A stretch of DNA of 48,483 nt from NCBI RefSeq assembly GCF_001194135.2, contig NC_068997.1, forward strand, positions 35,999,078 to 36,047,560, in the 5' to 3' direction. Origin of the DNA: Octopus bimaculoides. Its lineage: Eukaryota. The notes beneath the pieces are model-generated. The model saw only the letters and a list, made by a program, of their open reading frames with translations. It searched no databases and was not told where the DNA came from. Below, one piece after another: positions 1-9,234 of the stretch (within the stretch, counting starts at the first letter, position 1; every line of letters begins with the position of its first letter). A program made the position numbers and the translations under genes.

Positions 1-340
1 AACAGGGCCAAACACCTGCCCTTTTTTGATGAAATCAATTAGCGTAGTCAGATTCTGCTTGAAAATCCTGGCAATAAGATCATGCCGATGGCAGTACTGC
101 TGGTGTGGGAGAAGTTCCCGTGTTACCTCAACCCACTTGGGGTTACATGTAATGAATAAATCAGGCGTCCATAGTGCCGAACGAAAGTCATAGCGTCTTG
201 TGTTCGCTCGTGCATGTATCGTGGCCCCCTTGTATATGTTGAGCGGAGAATGCACATTTTGCCGATGTTTCTTGGGTCAGCGTCATTATTGATGCCATCA
301 CGCAAATGGATGTAGGAATCTGATCGCAGCTTCTTCTAAG
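1..340 (-). pseudogene. Helitron RepHel Rep-domain fragment
   Basis: Translation KKLRSDSYIHLRDGINND...ILRSTYTRGPRYMHERTQDAMTFVRHYG, then a frameshift to PDLFITCNPKWVEVTRELL...HDLIARIFKQ...DFIKKGQVFGPV. This matches the conserved Helitron Rep block (GGPRYM...QDAM...GxPDLFITFTCNPKW). Confidence 0.88.
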
Positions 341-1107
341 TGACAGGTATTTGCATGTATCTGTGTATTTGTATGTAAGTGTATAGGTGGCATTTCATGT
401 GCGGAATAAAAGGTGAAAATTGTTATAGAAAGAGGAAATGACATTGTGTTACTGGGGAAAATATTTATTTGACTCTCTTTTTCTTTCGTTTCTCTGTTAA
501 GGTTTAGTTCCCGCCAATTAGAATGAAGTCATTGGTAACCATAGGTACATATATATGTGTGTATTTACGTATGATTGGCAGTGTGTCTGTTTATTTGACT
601 CTCACTCCCCTTCGTTTCTTTGTCTTTTTTCTTGGATCGTTGGTAAACGTTCGTAAGAGAAAGTAGCAATTGAAACGATGTGTAAGAGGAATAGAAATAG
701 TTAATTTTAGAGGGGCAAAGTAATTCTGTATGTAGTTTTAGTATCTGTCATCACAGTATCGAAATGTGATTGTTTCAGTTTTGATAGTTTTCTTTTTCTC
801 CTTCCTTTCTTTTTGTATTTGTTGTTGGATTTTCCGTAAAGCTTCATAAGAGAAAGTAGGAGTTGAAAGGATTTGTATTAGAAAGAGGAAATTAGATTTT
901 ATTAGGGAGAAAATGTTTACTTCCGTAGTTTTACGGATTTTATTCATTATTAGGAAATTTTTGGAGTGAAAAAATGACGCAGTGACCTAACTTATTGTAT
1001 TTAGAATATTAATTGCGATTGTTTAATGGAAGAAATTTGGAATTGTGTAAATGTATGAATTTTAAACATACACACACACAGAGAAAATTTGCCTTTTATA
1101 GTATAGA
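1..1107 (-). mobile_element. Helitron, internally deleted; 5' end at 1107, runs off the window start
   Basis: Minus strand reads A|TCTATACTATAAAAGGC at 1108|1107, a Helitron-type 5' TC after host A, followed by a (TG)n tract. Degenerate sub-repeats occupy 420-930 and a Rep-coding fragment occupies 1-340. Confidence 0.7.
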
Positions 1108-1517
1108 TACACACAGCAAAACAGCAGTCTTTAATGGAATAATGAATAAATGAACCTTAAGTTCTGAACTTAATCAAATTTTGACTATCATTCCATCCCC
1201 CATCTTGGTTATTCTTCACCCCCAACATGTCACCTATCAAGGTAATGTCACTATTTTCAAAAGTTTAATAACAAAGCTTTAAATTATAGGCAATATTTCC
1301 ATGAATTTAGAACAGCCTATTAACAAATGTTGAACTACAATATGTGTGATTACTATAAACAAAAAATGGCTATAAGGTACTGCGATCAAATGTCCTGCTT
1401 CTTTCCTACCTGCAGCTTGTGTGGAGATGTGGATGAGAGGCTAGTTTTATTTTTTGCTTTTTTTTTTTTGCTTTTTTTTTTAGTATGCCTTCATCATACT
1501 CTGTGTTAGTTTATATA

Positions 1518-1919
1518 TAGTGATGGTGAATTATTTCCTCATTGGTTTTAAATTGCTGCTAGCCACCTTGATTTATTTTTGTAATTTTCACATTGCTATT
1601 TTGTGAAATCAGCCACTGATTTCAGTGATATTCTCCACAATACTGACAGGGTGAGTTGGCCTCTACCAGCTGTGATGGAGTGAGCATTACTGATGAGTAT
1701 TAATTCCCTATATGAAATTACCATGCTAATCTAATGCATCTTACTCAGTGTGGAGAGGGGGTTTCTCCCCTGTCAATACAAAGAGACCATATGCTTTTGT
1801 GGCTAAGGAGTCTATGACTCCTATTTGTAGTAATGCTGGCACTCACTGCACCCTTGTCACTCTTAGTGATGGTGAATTATTTCCTTGTTGGTTTTGAATT
1901 ACTGCTAGCCACCTTGATT
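1518..1919 (+). mobile_element. Retrozyme-like element: 346-bp monomer plus 56-bp terminal direct repeat
   Basis: 1518-1573 and 1864-1919 are direct repeats (52/56 identical, period 346 bp). They enclose a type I hammerhead and several hairpins; there is no coding capacity. Confidence 0.7.
1678..1746 (+). ncRNA. Type I hammerhead ribozyme (extended, bulged stem I)
   Basis: Core CTGATGA at 1690-1696 and GAAA at 1714-1717. Stem II GTAT/ATAT (first pair G-U). Stem III TTA/TAA. Cleavage triplet AUC at 1729-1731. Stem I GCATTA (1684-1689) pairs with TAATGC (1732-1737), then a 3-nt ATC bulge, then GAGTGA (1678-1683) pairs with TTACTC (1741-1746). Confidence 0.85.
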
Positions 1920-2125
1920 GATGGACGCTAGTCAAATGGGCTCCACGTAAGTTGGCCATTTTTACATGTTTAAAAGTTTTTATTATCAAATTTTTGTGTT
2001 TAAAAGTTGTGCAAGAACACTCACTACAAAACTTGATAAATATTTACATAGAATTTCGACTCTGTGTGGGCAAAATTTCAAAAATTTTGAAGGCTTTTGT
2101 GGATTCATTTTAGCCAGTTTTCATT

Positions 2126-3966
2126 TTGGAAATGGCGACTGGAAACCATGTGGACAGCTTGAATGCTGCTGTCACCACCACCACCACCAACAACAACAAC
2201 AAAACTAACGCCACAAGGCCATCCACCATCACCGCCACTAAAGAAACCAACTTAGATTTTCCTCCACTCCCCACACCACATGTTGATGAAAGAAGGATGG
2301 AGAGAAATTTAAAAAGAACAAATACAGACGTAAACAGGAATGCCAGTACCACCACCAACAACAACAACAATGAAATCAGCACAAAGCCGTCCACCAAAGA
2401 CAGCACCACCGCTAACATCAACACTACTATTATGATTTCAACTTCAACTGCTACAACTGACACCTCTGCTACCAACACCACCACCATCACCAAGGATAAA
2501 ACAAACTTCGCGGAAGCGATAAAGCAAAAGAGAACCATCATAAAATTCACTGCACAAGAAATAAACAACACAAAGGCGCTTCTCACCAAGGAAAGAGATA
2601 ATTTACATCTCCACATTCCACAACATATCATGGAAAACACACAAAAAAAAACCAATCATACATAAAGTTATCAACACGAAGACAAGATGACCGGGAAGTG
2701 CACCGCAGCAAAAAATAGAAAAATGCCTCCGTCCTGTATAGGCTCACAAGGCATACGTTAATTGGTGGCGTAAATTTAGCACAGTCCAAGTATGTTTGCA
2801 CAATGAAAATCTAGTGAAACGATTTTCCACATTAGCTCTTCATACAGATGATTTGGTGATGATACCGACTTATTTAGGCCAGTGAGTGAGGAAAATCACA
2901 ATAAAAAATGTGCCACCTGAAGTAGAAACACAATGGCTAATCTCTGCCATCTGCTTTGAAATGGCAGAGACAAACATTCTCGAAATCGCTGTTCTAGAAC
3001 AGCAAAACTGGGTGAGAAAAACAACTCAATTACTTCTTCAAATTGATGAAACATCAACAGAGAAGATACCCACTGATATAGAATTGCCAGAAGGCTACAG
3101 ACTGTATGTAGTGGTGGAGGGCAGGCGGCTACGCTGCTATCTGTGCAGTAACGAAACACATTTGAAAAAGAATTGTCCAACCACCGCACAACAAGACCAA
3201 CAATATCCACTACCACAACCAAAACATTCTGAGAAGAAAGCACTACTACCCACACCACCATCAACACAGAAAATGACAGAAGAAGCACACCAAGTAAATC
3301 CATCAACAATCGAAAATAATACACCTGAGAAAATACCAACACCACCAACAAAAGCAAGAACTAAAGAAACTGAAAAACAAAAAAAATACAAAAACTGATT
3401 CCCCATCCCCTGTACCACACATACCACACACAGACAGTCAACAACCAGCATCAACAGAAACAACAACACAACCACTTACACAAACACACATAAAAGCCTA
3501 CAACATGCCCCTACCCACTTCTGATTCCTCAGAAATTTTGTCGGAAGACGAAAGCAGTGAGGAATGGCAAATAACCAGAAAAGGAAGGAGGAAAAGGAGC
3601 AAAAAAAAAAGAACCAAACCAAATGCAAACACGAACAAAGCAGAGAGATATACATCTTCCAAAGACATTTTGAAACCTACCACAAAAATACATACAGAAA
3701 CCATGCTCACAGCCATAGACACTAAAAACACAGAGTTGATGGAATACATCAAATCAAAAACAAACCTAACAAAAGATGACATAAAAACAAACAACCACCC
3801 ACACACAACACCACTGGAGCACATCACGAAGCCTACACCACACACTAAAAGGCATTATTCCCGGTGTGGTTGGTAAATGCTAGAAATACCATTCGTTAAA
3901 CATTATTGCGATCTCCTCTACAACAAACTGAAGGAGGAAAGCAAAAAACTTTCGAGCAGTAAGTAA
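2126..3966 (+). pseudogene. LINE ORF1 (RRM-like region plus CX2CX4HX4C knuckle), broken by frameshifts and stops
   Basis: ORF pieces 2126-2665, 2886-3398 and 3505-3876. Intervening frame reads IEKCLRPV*AHKAYVNWWRKFSTVQVCLH...PTYLGQ*VRKITIKNVPPEV. Zinc knuckle CYLCSNETHLKKNC. Long Thr/Asn/Pro-rich tracts. Confidence 0.8.
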
Positions 3967-4006
3967 CTCTCTGTTCCTTTCATTTGTGTTTTAACTCACT
4001 AGGATT

Positions 4007-5705
4007 ATGATCAAGATTGGTTGTGTGAATGCGCATGGCATGGGGTCCCCTTGGGAACAAGGGTACCTCTTAAATGACATAAAGTCACACAAGTTAGAAA
4101 TCATAGCCATAAGTGAGACCAGACTCCATAATCCACAGGCCCTAAAGTCCATGTTTGGTGGACAGTTTAACATTTATTTTTCTCCCTGTCTGCCAAGAAT
4201 GGGTGGTAGAGGTACGGTGGTACTTTTTCGCAAGAGTCTGGAACTCGAAACAAAGACAATATTCGTAGACCCGGAGGGTAGACTGATTGTCCTGGATGTC
4301 GACTGCAGAAATGGGTGTGCTTTTTGACTCGTATCAATCTACGCACTGCCTTTAACAGGTCGGCCAGATTTCTTTCATCGAGCTGGTTGGTGAGACACTG
4401 AAAGACTGCGAAGCGATAACAGGAGCAAAAATCAACCCGGAAAAGTCAGTGGGCTTGCGACTCAGCATGCGGAAAAGCAAGCCTATGCTGTCTAACAGCA
4501 CCTCCGTCATGGGATGCTGGACCGACGGTCTGGTCGAGTTGCTCAGGGTCTTGTTTGGTTCAGACCGCCAAACAGAGAAGTACTGAAATGAGATAACGAG
4601 TAGGGTGGTCACTCTCACCTGGCAATGGGCTGAGAGGAAGCTGTACCTAAAAGGTCAGGCAGAGGTGGCAAACACATACATCACGTCCGTCATCTACTAC
4701 TGCCTGACCGTCGTGCTTTGTCCCGACCCTATCATCACCAAACTGGAATGCGTTCTCTTCCGCTTCTTGTGGAAAGGATACATTTCGATGGTCAGGTGAT
4801 CCGTTTGCTGCCAACATCCATTAAAAGGAGGGCCGGGCATGCCGTGGTTGATGATGCACAGACACGCACTGAGACTGCGACATCTCTGGCTCTACATAGT
4901 CAACGGTGAACAGGTGTGGTCACCGTTTGTGAGACACACTTTCCTGCAGCTCGTCTCTTTGACCGAACTGCAGTCATGGATCAAAAAGAGGCCAAGGAAG
5001 GGTGAATGACATCGTGAGTGTCGCTTTGCTCTCAAGCAGCTATGCCATCCCGGGTCAACCTTGATCGACTGCAACACAACCAAAGCATTCTATAGGGGAT
5101 TAGTGGAGGGGAGGTATGATGATGATCTCGGGGCGAACCTGGGCGTCGACAAGGAATATCTGACCCGCCTGTTCAAGATAACTTTCGGGCTGGGACCTAT
5201 GGATAACTTCCAGAGATCCCTGGCCTGGCAGTGCTATCAAGAAGCTCTACCTGTTCAGGATAAACTCTACAGGCATGGCTCGAGAAACATGGGGCTGAAC
5301 TGCCCGCGATGTGGTCAGAACGATGAAACCGTTCTGCACGCACTCGTACAGTGTCCAACCATTTCCAACCTGTGGGCCTATGTCAAACGACTGCTATCGC
5401 ATGTGGGACGAGTCAGTTTATCAACTGAGTTTATCGCGAATATTGTCACGCCTCCTTCCTTGAAACGGGAAGGAAGAGCCATTTTCATCGTACTTGTGGC
5501 TATGACAAAAGAATGCATATGGTGGACATGTCTGAAAGGTCTAGAGACAAACACTTTCCTCTCAGGTCAATCTCTCATCAGCTTGAAGAGGAAGGTGAGA
5601 GTAGAGAGGGAAGTTTTGTCTAGTGAATGTTTTAAAAAAAGATGGGTGAATGTAGCAAGGATGGCACGTCTGAATGACGGAGCCACCTTGAACATAATCT
5701 TATGA
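4007..5705 (+). pseudogene. LINE ORF2 remnant: N-terminal half of APE endonuclease fused to post-YADD RT/thumb and C-terminal zinc-binding region
   Basis: MIKIGCVNAHGM...IIAISETRL...GGRGTVVLF...DPEGRLIVLDV (APE). From about 4380: ELVGETLKDCEAITGAKINPEKS...FRFLWKG...HPLKGGPGMP...CPRCGQNDETVLHALVQCP. Several stops. Confidence 0.88.
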
Positions 5706-6039
5706 ACCAAAAAAAGAAAGGAAAAAAGAGAGTCACTTACTGTAATATGTTTTTTTTGCATGACATTATTGCCCAAGATTAGCATGGTCTTTTCCGTAAG
5801 CTTTTCTTTCCACGGATAAACCTAATCTGTTCCCCCTTTTTACATTGACATTTCTGTGATGCACAATCCCTATTGATCAACCTTTTTTTCTCATGATCCC
5901 TTTTAATCGAATTCTACCCCCACTTTTTTTTCCTCCCAAAAAGAAAAGCTCTACTTTGTATTTTGTCCCCTCAGTGTTCAGCCCAGTGTGGCCAATAAAG
6001 AAATATATTACCTGACAGTATTACCTTCTCCATTCCTGA

Positions 6040-6470
6040 GAATAATCCCCACAATGCACTACCATGTAACTGCCGTCCTGGGACCATCTGCTCTATACAA
6101 ACCTATTGCAGAAAGTCTAATGTAATTTATAAATGCACCGTCCTCAATACGTTGCACAATTCTACAACCATATATACAGCGTCAACTATAAATTTTAAAC
6201 AGTGATATGTATCATATCTCAATTCTTTTAAATACAAGAGACACTGTAAATCCACAACACTCACCAGTCACATAGATCATCTCAAAAATAGAAATATTCT
6301 CTACATCTTTTCATGGTCCATAATAGATTCAGGGCTCCCATACCAAGGTCAACGCTCAGCCTGTAAGTTATGCCTAAAAGAGGCATTCCACATATTAAAA
6401 CTCAACTCTTCAATACTACTAAATAAATATAATGCAGCCCTAGGTATATGCAACCGCCACTTTTTTCATA
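6040..6470 (+). pseudogene. Penelope-like element, GIY-YIG endonuclease fragment
   Basis: Translation CNCRPGTICSIQTYCRKSNVIYKCTV...IYTASTINFKQ*YVSYLNSFKY...TTLTSHIDHLKNRNI...WSII...PYQGQRSACKLCLKEAFHIL...LLNK...CNRH follows the Penelope/Poseidon GIY-YIG pattern. Confidence 0.82.
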
Positions 6471-6609
6471 CCTTCAAATTTTACAACAAACGTAAATGCT
6501 ACCTAAATAACCACACAATCTCCAATAACCCTATTTGACTTTCCATTGTCTCTGTTTTTAATTTTTTAACTCTCCGATCTTATTTTAATTGTTTAATACT
6601 ACATATATG

Positions 6610-6764
6610 GACATGCATATGAGTACGTATGCAAATGTATGTGTGTATGTATATATATGTGTGTTTGCATTATGTGTGTGTATGTGTGCATGTATGTGTA
6701 TATGTATGCACATGTATGTGTATATGCATATATCTATGGGTGTGTGTGCATATATCTATGGGTG

Positions 6765-6822
<58 letters not shown>

Positions 6823-6900
6823 TATATGTGTACGGGTTTAAATATACAAGTACGCAGGCCTATATAATGGTGCATATACACACACGTGTGCATGTGTGCA
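6610..6900. repeat. Compound (TG/TA) microsatellite with pure (TA)n at 6772-6819
   Basis: Directly visible. Confidence 0.95.
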
Positions 6901-6979
6901 TATATCAATACACACTTCTTTCTTTCTTTTTGATTCCTCAACCCACACTATCACATTAGCTAGTACAATAAACACATAT

Positions 6980-8313
6980 GTCTATTTATAGAAACTTGAC
7001 CATTCTGAAACTTTACCTATGACTCTCTTGTTATCCTGAACAACTTGCTGGAGAAGAATGGGGAAGCTGTCCACAGGGTGACAACACAGCTGAAGTTGCG
7101 CCTTCACTGATTCCAATGCCGGCTTCCTGAAGGAGTGTGCCCAGGTGATGTTTAATGTTGCCAAAGCCTTGGATAAAATCCAGTGGGAGATCCAGGCTTA
7201 CTTGAGTGCCTTCTGCCAACTGTAGCAGCTGTCATGATGTTGAAGGAGGCCAAATTCTAACATCTGTTGTACTGCAGTCCTCTGGTAGACACAATACTGG
7301 CAAGTATCACGAAAAGATTTGGGCTCCTCCTAGAAGGCCTGGAGTGCCAGCTGGCCACTACTTTCCATGCTAAGTTTCACCTGTTCTGGCTGGAGCAGTA
7401 TAATAACAACCAAGTTAGCAGAGTAATGAATGCCATTGAGACTGTTGTAGTGACAGCCCTAATGGCAACCAATGAGGAGGGCAGCAACATCACCAGCAAT
7501 GAAGATGAGGAAGATGATTTCTTCAGCAACGTCACTCAGTTACAGGAGAGCAGGAGCCACAGGTTACTGAAATTCAATGTGCAGAACATAGTGAAGACCT
7601 GGCTGGAGGGCCAAAGGATATCCTAAATGAAGCCACCTTTTTGGGTGAGCAGGTCTTGATCAACCTATTCCCCAAGTTGATCAAGAATAGATCTTGATCA
7701 ACCTATTCACTGCCATCCCATCCAGTGATGCAGTTGAGCGCACTTATTCTCTATAGGCAAAGATATTTTGCAGGCTAAGAGAGCCACCCTGTCAGGTGGT
7801 AACTTTGAGAGGCTGGTGGTGTTTATGAAGGGCAATCAACATCATGTTGAGGCGATGGAGAAGTTCCAGCCAGAGTAGTACACTTTCATCATCATCTGAT
7901 CTTGGTATGATACCTATGCTAAACTATACCTTTTTGATTCATTTAATACTTTTTGCACAGTAAATAAAGTATATGTTGACTTGAAAAACTAATGTTTAAT
8001 TTCATTTGTTCATTTGATTATTTGCGTACACCTTGTTCATTATCTAATCTTGGCATGCTGTACCTTTTTGGAAAGCTCTATGTCTAAGCTATAATATGAA
8101 AATTTCAGCTCTCTAGGTCTGTTTTTAGGAATTTTAGATCTAAAAACCCAAACTGAAACTAAATTCATGATAAAAGTTAGCAGTTATCATTTAGCATTAG
8201 CTTTTGCTAATCTTTTTATCTGTTGAGCAGTTTAGCATTTGCGAAGCTAACTTTTTAGTTAGTGGATTAGCAGTTAGTGAAGCTAACATTTTGGTTAGCT
8301 GTGTCCACCACTG
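6980..8313 (+). mobile_element. hAT transposon relic: C-terminal transposase plus right end
   Basis: FLKECAQVMFNVAKALDKIQ; YCSPLVDTILASITKRF; dimerisation-domain motif TAIPSSDAVER.../GKDILQAKRATLSGGNFERL...FMKGN. Subterminal TTAGC/GCTAA repeats at 8178-8300 and terminus GTGTCCACCACTG at 8301-8313. Left end not found. Confidence 0.8.
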
Positions 8314-8406
8314 TTCAGTGGCATTTGAACTAGGAACATAAAAAGGGATGAAATGTTGCTAAGCATTTTGTCTGGCATGCTAATTATTCTGCCTGTTCGC
8401 TACCTT
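8314..8406 (-). mobile_element. tRNA-derived SINE head fragment (decayed)
   Basis: Reverse complement resembles a tRNA-like SINE head with A-box and B-box (...TAGTTCAAATG...). Family recognised from memory. Confidence 0.55.
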
Positions 8407-9234
8407 ATAGTTGCATGTATATTACTTTATATGCATCACAGCTGATTATTAGTCATTGACACCATCATCACCACCATGATTGTTACCACTGCTGTCTTTG
8501 TCCTCGTCATCATCATCACTACTATTCTGCTCATTATCATAAACATCTTTGACATCAATAGGCATTGCAGAATCATCTGGAATTAGCAGCCAGATCTCCC
8601 TGAAACTATACTCTACTCTCTAAAAAAAGAAGGACATATAGTTTTATATAAACTCTGCTTGAAAAAATATATCAATGGAACATCAAGGCTACCATGAAGC
8701 TACAATATTAGTAGTTCAATGCCCACTCTATTTTCTGCTGAAATGTGTTAGATTATTTCACATTATCATCTTTTCCTTTATCACTGTTGTGTTATTGTAA
8801 AAATTCTGGTTATCTCCATCTGAGTCAAAAGTTGTGACTAGTTTTATTTGACATTAATTTTGTTGTATAAAGAATAAATTGATTCAATGAATAATATCAG
8901 TTCAATTTTTTTTTTTTTTGTGAAACAAAAAGTTATTAGTCTCTGACTGTTCAACTTAGAAACTATTGAAAGCAACAAAAGTATGAAAAAATAAATTGAT
9001 TAAAAGAAGAAAAAAAGAAGATAAAGAAAAAACTCAAAGTATAAGTTCAAATTATCAAAAACTTCTTTCACTTCAAATAAATATTAGTGAAATTAGAAAT
9101 AACCACCCCAAAACAGCAACCCCAGAATTATTTCAACAAGAAAACAAAGAAAAAAAAATAAGGAATTAAGCAACAAAAGATAGGTGGGGAAAGGACTAAC
9201 AGGTTGTACACTCTTGTCCAAATGGTGTGTTCAG

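Larger units (their letters stand above)
1920..6005 (+). mobile_element. Tx1/L1-clade LINE with internal deletion in ORF2 (5' boundary approximate, 1920-2020)
   Basis: ORF1 has a gag-type CCHC knuckle. ORF2 has an APE endonuclease start, RT thumb and C-terminal CCHC. The 3' UTR ends at AATAAAGAAAT near 5995-6005. Confidence 0.88.

Noticed and set aside
1327-1509. 60-aa ORF with CSLCG and a poly-Phe tract
   Set aside because: Poly-T low complexity; a single CxxC is not enough to assign a family.
2110-3845. Hydrophobic minus-strand ORFs (181, 153, 112 and 115 aa) that look like membrane proteins
   Set aside because: Shadow frames of the A/C-rich LINE ORF1 on the plus strand.
6589-6959. Several ORFs rich in YI/CV repeats
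   Set aside because: Translations of TA/TG microsatellite.
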